Source of the DNA: a virus | IMG/VR virus record: IMGVR_UViG_3300044858_001565 | Span: 16,517-80,516 of that record | Length of the DNA stretch: 64,000 nucleotides | Direction: 5' to 3' (one strand) | Shown: positions 10,197 to 18,502 of the stretch, piece after piece | Position numbering within the stretch: position 1 is the stretch's first letter | How the letters are laid out: each line of letters starts with the position of its first letter | Made by a program: the position numbers and the translations under genes | Notes under the pieces: model-generated | Told to the model about the DNA's origin: nothing | What the model saw: only the letters and a program-made list of their open reading frames with translations | Database searches by the model: none

Positions 10197-11437
10197 TACA
10201 GTAGTTCAAACCATCCCAATTCACCCAAGAACGATGTTCCGTCCGTATACGGGGACACCACAAGGGTCACGGTATCGGATGTGCCGCCAATGGTGTGTCC
10301 CAACTGGTACGAAAACTCACGCGCACCATCCGATCCGCCCAACTCCATTATCGCATTAGAATCAAAATATCCTGACCGTATAGAAGTTCCGCCGGACACG
10401 GATATGGCTCCCCCTGACGGATACGCATACTCCACCGCGCTGTTCGCGCTGTGTGCAGTCCACCCTGCGTTGGTGAGGGTGGCATTGGAGAACAGTTCCC
10501 ACCGAACCACACGGGGCTGATTTGCATTGAGAGGAATAATTGCAGCAGAAATGTTTGCAGGAATCACGATGGAGTCCAATCGGTCACTCCTCAGCCGTAT
10601 GGACGCAACATGGTAATACTGCCCTGCGGTGGCAAGATTGACTGGAGCAAGAGTGGTTCCCACATGGAACAGGGGAGATATGGGTTCAAATCCACCCTCT
10701 GATATCACGGACGAGCATATGGTCTTCAGAGTGCTGCCACTGCCAGCGGTGTTGCCGTTGAATATCTCTGCCCGTATGGGAAGACACGCGGTAGTCATGT
10801 ACGGGGTGCTGTACAGGTTGTCATTGTGGAAGGTGTGTGCAATCACTGGCTTGCCGTCGTGGAAGAATCCGCAACGAACATCACCCACACCAAGCCACTC
10901 CACATCCATCCAGAAAATGTTGCCCTTTGTTGGGTCAAGGGTTATTCCTGAAGCCCCGCTGCCGTCTAGTTTGTCTCCGTTCCACTGACCCTGATACACG
11001 CGCCGCTCTGCGGAAGAACCAGTGACGCTTGAGCGCAGCACGAACGCAAGACTTACTCCCATCAGCCCTGCCTGCTCAAAATATATTCCGTTGTCTTGGT
11101 TGTAGAAGCCCACGCGCTGTGTAAGATTGGCTTTTCCAGGATTCATAACAAAGGTGTTCAGCACCAACAGGGACTTGCCTGGCTGATACGCAAAAATTCG
11201 TTTGGTCTGACGAATCACGGACGCTCCTGCCGTGGTGCCGATCACCATGTCTACGGAACTCTGATTTGACAGATAGGATGTGGTTCCGCCGTTCACCACA
11301 GCAGTATCAAACTTTCCGTTGTCCTTGTATCGGTGCTGCGAATCAAACAGGGTGAACGGCGTGGCTACCTTCAGGCGGTTGAATGCGTCAATCGCACCGT
11401 CTTCAAAGCCAACCTTGTTGTTGAACAAGTAACTCAT
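10196..11437 (-). CDS. Putative virion structural protein
   Basis: DAFNRLKVATPFTLFDSQHRY, YQPGKS and MDVEWLGVGDVRCGF motifs of a family common in T4-like structural regions; start chosen at the ATG overlapping the upstream stop. Confidence 0.6.
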   Translation of the reverse strand: MSYLFNNKVGFEDGAIDAFNRLKVATPFTLFDSQHRYKDNGKFDTAVVNGGTTSYLSNQSSVDMVIGTTAGASVIRQTKRIFAYQPGKSLLVLNTFVMNPGKANLTQRVGFYNQDNGIYFEQAGLMGVSLAFVLRSSVTGSSAERRVYQGQWNGDKLDGSGASGITLDPTKGNIFWMDVEWLGVGDVRCGFFHDGKPVIAHTFHNDNLYSTPYMTTACLPIRAEIFNGNTAGSGSTLKTICSSVISEGGFEPISPLFHVGTTLAPVNLATAGQYYHVASIRLRSDRLDSIVIPANISAAIIPLNANQPRVVRWELFSNATLTNAGWTAHSANSAVEYAYPSGGAISVSGGTSIRSGYFDSNAIMELGGSDGAREFSYQLGHTIGGTSDTVTLVVSPYTDGTSFLGELGWFELL

Positions 11438-13209
11438 ACGATTCTCCACCCGTTTCTGTATATGAAGTGTAGAGCAGCACTATTTATGTTGATTACCGCA
11501 GACGATTTGTTGTCTATGAGTTCACCATCCGCTCCCACGATGGTTATTCTCTTGTTCCAGTTTCCGCTATGTCCTGCTTCATCCTTCACGATGATTTCGC
11601 GTCCTGTTTCTGGCTCGGAAGGCATCACCACCGTGGTTGGACCGTTGTAACTGATTCCAATATAGTAGTCCAACTGCGTGGCAGAATAAGTCTCGCCCGT
11701 GTACCCAACCACCGTATTGATGGTTGGGCTGATGATGCTCGGAACACTGGGCTGAACCCACTGCTGCGAGTTTCCGTCATCAATGTAAATATACTCTTGA
11801 CCATTTTCCGAGTCCATCCACCGCGAACCAACGGTGACTCCTGCCACCGGAGGAGTTGTCTGATAGAAGAAGTTTGTTCCTCCATCTGCTGTTGCAGTGG
11901 ATGATATGGTCACCGCACCAGTGGAACCGGATATGGTTATGTTTGATCCTGCGATGAGTTGGCTTACACCAGTGACATCACCAGTTGAACCGTTGAATGT
12001 TTTTACATAGTCTCCGCTTATTCCACCAGATGCAGCACCGTTTATATTAACGGTGACCTTTCCTCCCACCTTGGTGTGAGTTACAGTAACTCCTGTGCCA
12101 GTAAAGTCAAGAACACGAACATCAGGAGTTACTTTTGTTCCGTTCACATATACAGCCACCTTGCCACCACCGCCAGTGGATGCAAGCCATCCCATGTCTG
12201 CTGCGGAAACAGACTTTCCACCAATTATTCGTTTGAGGATTTTTTCTAGTCTCTGCTCGTCAATCTTGATTGACTTCTCGTCTTTGTCGTAGACAAGAGG
12301 AAACTCTGCACTTATTACGCCAGATTCTCCTGTGTCGCCACGATCACCCCTTTCGCCTTTTGATCCCTTCGGACCACGCTTGCCAGCAGCACCCGGCTTG
12401 CCGTCACTACCGCGCTCACCTCTTTCACCACGCGGACCAACAGGACCAATAGGACCAGCAGGACCGACTGCGCCAGCAACACCATTCTGTCCTTTGTCTC
12501 CCTTGTCGCCCTTTTCGCCGCGCTGTCCCCGTTCTCCCCGTTCTCCCTTTTCACCACGATCACCCTTCTGTCCCTTTTCACCCCGCTCACCCCTTTCACC
12601 TCGCGGACCAATTTCTCCACGATCACCCTTATCGCCCTTTTCTCCTGTTGATCCGCGCTCTCCCTGCGGACCAGTGGCTCCAATAGCACCAGCAGGACCA
12701 GTGGCACCCATCGGTCCCGCATCGCCTTTCGGTCCACGATCACCCTGCACTCCTTGGAAGCCACGGGTTCCGCGTTCCCCCCGCTCTCCCCGTTCACCCT
12801 TGACCACAGGGGACGGCAGTGCCTGAACCTGCTCGTTTAATCGCTCAACTTGCTTCTGTAGAACGGATTCTTCGGGTGGGGCAGTCTCTTCCGCCTCCTC
12901 CAACACCATCTCAAATGGAGTTTCCACATATTCAAATATGGAATCAATCTGTTTGTCGCCTGCCTCTATCTTCAGAGGCAGACCACGGGGATCGGTGAAG
13001 AAGGCTTCACCCACTCCACCCAATTTCAATATATTAGGATCATGGCAGTCTGCTTCATCCAAAAGCATGAATTGATCGCCCACAGAGTACGCGGAACCAC
13101 GGATTTCGCGCACTAAACGAAACAGCGAACCCGACACGAACTGACCAGTTGAAATGGCGGCAGTTCGGCGTGGCTCTGTGGGCTTGGATGACTTGCGAGG
13201 TCTATTCAT
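11434..13209 (-). CDS. Collagen-like fibre protein with charged GER/GEK/GDK repeats
   Basis: Roughly 50 G-X-Y triplets; C-terminal fibre module (GREIIVKDEAG...ITIVG..LID...YRNGWRIV). Confidence 0.8.
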   Translation of the reverse strand: MNRPRKSSKPTEPRRTAAISTGQFVSGSLFRLVREIRGSAYSVGDQFMLLDEADCHDPNILKLGGVGEAFFTDPRGLPLKIEAGDKQIDSIFEYVETPFEMVLEEAEETAPPEESVLQKQVERLNEQVQALPSPVVKGERGERGERGTRGFQGVQGDRGPKGDAGPMGATGPAGAIGATGPQGERGSTGEKGDKGDRGEIGPRGERGERGEKGQKGDRGEKGERGERGQRGEKGDKGDKGQNGVAGAVGPAGPIGPVGPRGERGERGSDGKPGAAGKRGPKGSKGERGDRGDTGESGVISAEFPLVYDKDEKSIKIDEQRLEKILKRIIGGKSVSAADMGWLASTGGGGKVAVYVNGTKVTPDVRVLDFTGTGVTVTHTKVGGKVTVNINGAASGGISGDYVKTFNGSTGDVTGVSQLIAGSNITISGSTGAVTISSTATADGGTNFFYQTTPPVAGVTVGSRWMDSENGQEYIYIDDGNSQQWVQPSVPSIISPTINTVVGYTGETYSATQLDYYIGISYNGPTTVVMPSEPETGREIIVKDEAGHSGNWNKRITIVGADGELIDNKSSAVININSAALHFIYRNGWRIV

Positions 13210-13215
13210 CGCAAG

Positions 13216-13222
13216 TATTTAG
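13216..13222 (-). promoter_or_regulatory. Late promoter CTAAATA heading the fibre operon
   Basis: TATTTAG on + strand, 6 nt from ATG 13209. Confidence 0.65.
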
Positions 13223-13227
13223 GCGCG

Positions 13228-13944
13228 TCAGACAGGCTCTTTGCCCGTCAAAGCCGCCCAAGAATGGGGGAAAAGAGGCTGAATTATTGTGTGTATTCCC
13301 TCTGCATACTGGCGGCACTCCCATTGGGCGTGTGGATCGCTCCGCTGCGAGAACACCCGTGCATACGCTGAAAGCGAACCCGTCCACCACCACTCCGTAT
13401 ATGTTCCCTGCGGCAGGACAGCCCGTGCCTGCTCTGGAGCCACGCCCCGCTTCAGGAGTTCGTCGTATGTGAGCAATGCCTCTTTCACAGTCATTTCATA
13501 GTGACGGTTCACCGTGTTGTAGTCTTCGTCTATGGGCATGAAGTCTTCCGACCCCTGCTTTGCACCATTGATGGGCTTGCCTCTCCACCGTGGCATATAC
13601 ACAGTTGGGGGATCGCTCACATAACGGCGGCTCACCTCGTTCTCCGTGAATCCCACCTTGTGCTTGAACAGTTGAGTCCGCACAAAGATGGGAGCCTTGA
13701 TCCGCAGGGTGATCTGTGGATGTGCGAACGGAGTCCAGTGCTTATGTGTAGCGAGATACTTGATGAGTTTGCGATCCCGATCAGACAGTTTCTGCTTTCG
13801 GTAGCCTGTCCAATTAGGTTCACTGTCCCAATCGCTCTCCTTGTTGAATGAAACTCGGGCAGCGTTCACCACCGTAAGATCGTTGCCTAGATGGTCAACA
13901 TACTCAACGAATCCACTATCAAGCACTAGAACATTTTTTGTCAT
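13228..13944 (-). CDS. thyX: FAD-dependent thymidylate synthase
   Basis: VVNAARVSF, HWTPFAH, NEVSRRY, APEQARAVLP, HAQWE motifs. Confidence 0.95.
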   Translation of the reverse strand: MTKNVLVLDSGFVEYVDHLGNDLTVVNAARVSFNKESDWDSEPNWTGYRKQKLSDRDRKLIKYLATHKHWTPFAHPQITLRIKAPIFVRTQLFKHKVGFTENEVSRRYVSDPPTVYMPRWRGKPINGAKQGSEDFMPIDEDYNTVNRHYEMTVKEALLTYDELLKRGVAPEQARAVLPQGTYTEWWWTGSLSAYARVFSQRSDPHAQWECRQYAEGIHTIIQPLFPHSWAALTGKEPV

Positions 13945-14171
13945 GGCTGATTTTCCTTCTCTAGTTCACTGATCCTTGCACGCAGAGTCTTTATCTCCTC
14001 CGCAGAGGCTATAAGCGTTTCCTGTATTTCCTTCCAAAAAGAAAACATCTGAGACATGGACGCAGCCTGAGTGCGTTCAACGATGTCCATGTTTGTGATT
14101 CTGTTGTGAAGCAACCTTCCGTTTTCGGTGTTGCAAAATTCATTTATTGGGTTCAATTCATAATGACTCAT
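13941..14171 (-). CDS. Hypothetical protein
   Basis: ATGA-coupled to primase upstream and thyX downstream; C-terminal coiled coil. Confidence 0.55.
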   Translation of the reverse strand: MSHYELNPINEFCNTENGRLLHNRITNMDIVERTQAASMSQMFSFWKEIQETLIASAEEIKTLRARISELEKENQP

Positions 14172-15157
14172 CGCACTCTCCATTGTGAAAATCGTGCCAG
14201 TGCAGTCAATCCGCTGCACGAACACTCGTCAATGATACGCTGAACTTCCTGCGGGGATCGTCCCGCAAGCACCATGTCGTTGATGTCCTTCTCGCCTATG
14301 CTGTCGCTCCACACACATACGGAATATCCACCTCGTATGGCTTCTTCGATTTTCTTGGTGATTTCTGAATTGCGTGGCTCATTATCATAAACAATAACGC
14401 AATCACGGAACAACTTGACAGCAGAAGCCAGTTCACAGCCAGCGAGAGCAACGCTATTATCAAGAAATACAGAATCAAGTGGACCCTCAACAACATAAAC
14501 CCTCTTGGAATAATCCAACCGATCCTCTCCGTAAATGGCTCTGCCGTCCTTGCTGAACTTTACGGTGATGTATCGGATTGAGTTCTTGGAGCCGCTTATG
14601 CTGCGTCCTTGCGCTGCAACGAGTTCTCCTGCCTTGTTCACGAATGGGATGACGATACGCTCGTCATTCGGGATGGTGGTGTATGTAGGGTCAATGGCAC
14701 GAACCCAGTCACCAAACGCATTTGAAAAATAGAACCTGTCCAATTCTTTAATTCCTCTGCCTTCCAAATACAGCCGTGCTGCGTGATCTGGTGGCAGAGT
14801 GTCGCACCGAGGAAGTTTGATATTTGCATTTGGCAGGAGTTTGGGTTCTTCGGGCTTTACATAATTGCTCTTCCCGTTCTCACCGTTTCTCCACCGCTCA
14901 AGTGCATACTCTTGAGCCATTGCAGGAGCAACAATCTCAAGAAATCTGTAGACCGAGTGCCCTGCTCCGCAGTTGTGGCACTTGAAAAAGTAGTCGTTCT
15001 TCTTTGGAAAGAAAAACCCACGCGCCTTGCTCTTGTTCTTCCGCGAGTCTCCGCAGATAGGGCAACGGCAGTTTGCAAGGTTCGGACCCTTCCACTTGAA
15101 TCGCTCAAGTTGAGCCGACACCATGTTGATGTATTTCTTGTCAATATACGCAGACAT
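14168..15157 (-). CDS. gp61: DNA primase (T4 gp61)
   Basis: NCRCPICGDS...CHNC zinc finger; VVEGPLDS and VYDNEPRN TOPRIM motifs. Confidence 0.95.
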   Translation of the reverse strand: MSAYIDKKYINMVSAQLERFKWKGPNLANCRCPICGDSRKNKSKARGFFFPKKNDYFFKCHNCGAGHSVYRFLEIVAPAMAQEYALERWRNGENGKSNYVKPEEPKLLPNANIKLPRCDTLPPDHAARLYLEGRGIKELDRFYFSNAFGDWVRAIDPTYTTIPNDERIVIPFVNKAGELVAAQGRSISGSKNSIRYITVKFSKDGRAIYGEDRLDYSKRVYVVEGPLDSVFLDNSVALAGCELASAVKLFRDCVIVYDNEPRNSEITKKIEEAIRGGYSVCVWSDSIGEKDINDMVLAGRSPQEVQRIIDECSCSGLTALARFSQWRVR

Positions 15158-16572
15158 TATATCGTCCAGTCGCTTGTGTCTCGCTTGTCGCCAAACTTTG
15201 CCTTGAAGTCCTTTGCACCGAACCCTGCTCCGTATCCGTCGTTCTCACCCTTCTCAATGTTGGAGTCCATGAGGTCTTCGGATAGTTCGCTGTCAATATC
15301 ATAGAACTTCATCTTGGCGTAGTTCAAGCCCACGATGAATTTCTTGTTTGCAGTCTTGCCGTTGTAGCGATTCTTCAACTGCTTCACCATGATCTGCCCT
15401 GCCTTTTCCAACTCGTCCGTTGTGATGAGGGCAATCATCAGGTCAGCGGTGTGGGGCAAGCCAAACGATTCTGAAGTATCCGTGAGGTCAACATCGGTGG
15501 ACGAGAAGCCTGCTCGGTTTACCTGTGTGGCACTCACGATGGGCACATCCCGTTCCATTGCCAACCCACGCAACTCCTCTGCAATAGCCTTGATGTATCC
15601 GTATGAATTGATGTTGTTGCCGTGCTTGAACCGTGCAGACGAGCAGATATTGATATAGTCCACGAAAATAATGTCAGGCGTGAACTGCTTCTTTAGCCGC
15701 AACTCGTCCAACAGGACACGGAAGTGGTTCACATTCGCAAACGAAGTGGGATACTCCTTTACGATGAGTTTTCCGCTTACTCCCCGTGTGCTACCAAGCA
15801 GCCGCTTCTCATACATTTCAAGCGGCAGGTCTTGCAGTTCATCCATCGTGATGTCCATGATGTTTGCATCAATTCGCTCTGCAATCCGTTCCTCTGCCAT
15901 TTCAAGAGTGATATACAGCACATTCTTGTTCTGCATGAGGCAAGCAGCCGCGTGATGGCACATGAACAGGGACTTGCCCACACCTGTGCCTGCCATGATG
16001 ATGTTCAGAGTCTTGGGCGAGATTCCGCCCTTTGTGATGACATTGAACATCTCAAGATCAAACGGAATCTTCTTCTCCACCCTGTGGTAGAACTCATGCC
16101 GCTTCTCGTAGTCCTCAAGGAAATCGTGTCCCACATTGGTGTCAAACGAAACCGCAAGTGCCTTGGACAGGATTTCAGGCAGGGCATGGGGCGTGAGGTT
16201 CTTGTCCTTGCCGTCAATAATCTGAATGGACTGCAAGATGGCATTGTAGATCGCTTTGTCCTTGCAGAACTTTTCCGTGGTGTCTGTGAGCCACGCGGTG
16301 TCCTGCTGCGGACTCTTGCCCATGTCCACTACAAGAGTCTTGCACTTGGAGAACTCGTCCTCCGTCAGCCCCTTGTTGTCTTCAAGTGCAATAAGCAGGG
16401 CATCCTTTGTGGGAATGCCCTTGTACTGATTGACGAAATCCCTGATGGATCGGAACACTGCACGATCCACTCGGTCAAGGAAATACTCCTCCTGCAAGAA
16501 CGGAATGGTCCGCTTGCAGTATTCGCTGTCGTTAAGCAGCCCCGCCAGTATTGTCTTTTCGGTTTGGCTCAT
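15157..16572 (-). CDS. gp41: Replicative DNA helicase (T4 gp41)
   Basis: AGTGVGKSLFMC Walker A; ITLEMAEE, VDYINIC, SESFGLP, KQLKNRY. Confidence 0.96.
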   Translation of the reverse strand: MSQTEKTILAGLLNDSEYCKRTIPFLQEEYFLDRVDRAVFRSIRDFVNQYKGIPTKDALLIALEDNKGLTEDEFSKCKTLVVDMGKSPQQDTAWLTDTTEKFCKDKAIYNAILQSIQIIDGKDKNLTPHALPEILSKALAVSFDTNVGHDFLEDYEKRHEFYHRVEKKIPFDLEMFNVITKGGISPKTLNIIMAGTGVGKSLFMCHHAAACLMQNKNVLYITLEMAEERIAERIDANIMDITMDELQDLPLEMYEKRLLGSTRGVSGKLIVKEYPTSFANVNHFRVLLDELRLKKQFTPDIIFVDYINICSSARFKHGNNINSYGYIKAIAEELRGLAMERDVPIVSATQVNRAGFSSTDVDLTDTSESFGLPHTADLMIALITTDELEKAGQIMVKQLKNRYNGKTANKKFIVGLNYAKMKFYDIDSELSEDLMDSNIEKGENDGYGAGFGAKDFKAKFGDKRDTSDWTI

Positions 16573-16933
16573 TTAGTCCAAGTTCCTCATCAAGTTCAGC
16601 CAGACGATCCATTGCTTCCTGACGCTCTTTGTATTCGGGGGTTTCCCGCAACTGAAGAAAATACTCCAATGCACCATCTGCTGTAGGGGCATTATACATT
16701 GCTTCCGAGCGATCATCAATCTCTTTCTGCAACTTCTTGCCGTCTTCTGATGCCTTCCACGCTTCAATCGCAGGATGGTCGCAGGAACATACAAGAGCCT
16801 CATGGGAGTTTGGTCCTACGAGCATACCGTCCCACTCAAGGCACCAATGCCACCCTGCTTCAAACTCTTCAGGAGTCAACTTCTCTTCCCAATTGTCCAT
16901 GAGGAAGATGTATCTCTCTCTACTCATCTCCAT
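16532..16933 (-). CDS. Hypothetical protein
   Basis: Fills the gap between uvsX and gp41; contains WHWCLEWDG...CSC. Confidence 0.55.
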   Translation of the reverse strand: MEMSRERYIFLMDNWEEKLTPEEFEAGWHWCLEWDGMLVGPNSHEALVCSCDHPAIEAWKASEDGKKLQKEIDDRSEAMYNAPTADGALEYFLQLRETPEYKERQEAMDRLAELDEELGLNEPNRKDNTGGAA

Positions 16934-17969
16934 TCGATGGCTCCTCCGCTGGCTTTTCGTCTGTGCCGTAGCAAAATTCCTTTCGGACGGCAAGATCAAT
17001 AGCCTTCAGGACATCTTCCGTGAAATACTTCTCGGGATCGCGGTTGATCTGTGATTCGAAAGCAGTCTTCCCGTTGGGCAACTGAATCTTTGTGGACACC
17101 TTTTGGAAAATTCCATACTTGATGGCAATGTCCAAAAGCCCGTAATACTTGTTCAGCCCTGTCTCAAAGTTCAACTGAACATCCACCATCTTGTCCTGCT
17201 TCGTCAGTCGGCTCTTGTAAGTCTTGCAATGGATGATGTTGCCAACCACCTCGTTGTCCACCTTGTCCTTCTTCTTGGACAGGTAGATGATGGTGGACGC
17301 AGCATACTTCAGACCACTACCGCCGCCCATCTCCTTCGTGGGCACATACGCACCCACCACATCGTAGGTGTGATTCGTCATCAGCAGGGGAATCCGTGCG
17401 TGACCCAACTTGATGGTGAGAACGCGGAACGCCGCCTTCGTGACCTGTGCGCGAGTCATGTCGCGGGTGGTCTTGCCCTCTGCGGTATCGTTCATCTCCT
17501 TCTCGGTGGACAACATTCCAAGCGAGTCAAGCACGATCATCATGCGGGGGCGAGTGTCCTTGTCCTCTTCAAGATACTTGTCCACAGACAGGACGCACTG
17601 GTGACGGAACTCTTCCACCGTGGCAACAGGCAGCACAGCCACGCGGTCGGTGTCAATCCCGCGTCCACGGAGCAGATCAGAGGTAATGGCTTGTTCCGTA
17701 TCAAAATACAACACCATTGCCTTCGGATCGGAATTCAGGAACTCACGCACCACATTGAGAGCAAAGTAGGTCTTGCCCGTGGCTTGCTCTCCTGCAAGAG
17801 CAACGATCTTGTTGTCGGGAATACCACCGTGGATCGAACCGCTCAAGAGCGCGTTGAACGAATACGATCCCGTGGAGATGAACCCCTTGACATCGCTGCC
17901 CTCAAGCCCTTCGGATGCCACGGTTGCGTACTTGTTTCCTGCTGCCTTCAGAATGTCCTTCAGTTTCAT
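16920..17969 (-). CDS. uvsX: RecA-like recombinase UvsX
   Basis: AGEQATGKT Walker A; YFDTE, LDSLGMLST, MTNHTY, MGGGSGLKYAAS. Confidence 0.95.
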   Translation of the reverse strand: MKLKDILKAAGNKYATVASEGLEGSDVKGFISTGSYSFNALLSGSIHGGIPDNKIVALAGEQATGKTYFALNVVREFLNSDPKAMVLYFDTEQAITSDLLRGRGIDTDRVAVLPVATVEEFRHQCVLSVDKYLEEDKDTRPRMMIVLDSLGMLSTEKEMNDTAEGKTTRDMTRAQVTKAAFRVLTIKLGHARIPLLMTNHTYDVVGAYVPTKEMGGGSGLKYAASTIIYLSKKKDKVDNEVVGNIIHCKTYKSRLTKQDKMVDVQLNFETGLNKYYGLLDIAIKYGIFQKVSTKIQLPNGKTAFESQINRDPEKYFTEDVLKAIDLAVRKEFCYGTDEKPAEEPSNGDE

Positions 17970-18139
17970 AGTCTCTCCAATGATTTGGTCTGTGTGTCAA
18001 TGAGAACCATCTCGTTCTCGTTAGCCCTTATTGTATCCAGGGGCGTGAGTTTGTCAACGATCATCTGCTGCGTTTCACGGCGCAGCAGGTCTTTTCGCGC
18101 TGCGAGAAGACCTTTCAAGTATTCAATATTAAGATTCAT
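17966..18139 (-). CDS. Small hypothetical protein (57 aa)
   Basis: Below ORF-track cut-off: MNLNIEYLKGLLAARKDLLRRETQQ...LERL; start/stop overlaps with both neighbours. Confidence 0.55.
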   Translation of the reverse strand: MNLNIEYLKGLLAARKDLLRRETQQMIVDKLTPLDTIRANENEMVLIDTQTKSLERL

Positions 18140-18468
18140 CAGGTTGTAATCTTTAGACCTGGAGCCTTAACGCCCTTGTCGGGCACCACGATTCCGCTGC
18201 CGAACGCAGAACTGAATTCATTCATAAGGTCAGTCATGGGTTCAGCAGTGAACATTACATACGATGCAGGAACAGTGATAGCCTGATCCTTTACCGAAGC
18301 CATCCACGGCACGACCGCGATGTTTGCGCCGCCGCCCTTTGTAGGCACGGGCACAACCATGCACGGATTCTTCAGCGTGTATGCCACGATCTTTTCGCCT
18401 TCAAACTTCTCGGTGACCGATGCAATGAGTTCTTCGCCGGTCTGAACCTTCACGATCTTTATAGCCAT
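18139..18468 (-). CDS. Conserved T4-like hypothetical protein (possible Sm-like fold)
   Basis: IKIVKVQTGEELIA...LKNPC...VPWM...FGSGIVVP; such genes usually flank gp43. Confidence 0.65.
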   Translation of the reverse strand: MAIKIVKVQTGEELIASVTEKFEGEKIVAYTLKNPCMVVPVPTKGGGANIAVVPWMASVKDQAITVPASYVMFTAEPMTDLMNEFSSAFGSGIVVPDKGVKAPGLKITT

Positions 18469-18495
18469 GATATATCCTTTTTGTAAGAGTTACAG

Positions 18496-18502
18496 TATGT
18501 AG
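18496..18502 (-). promoter_or_regulatory. Late-promoter variant CTACATA
   Basis: TATGTAG on + strand immediately after the gp43 stop; same heptamer precedes gp22 and gp3. Confidence 0.45.
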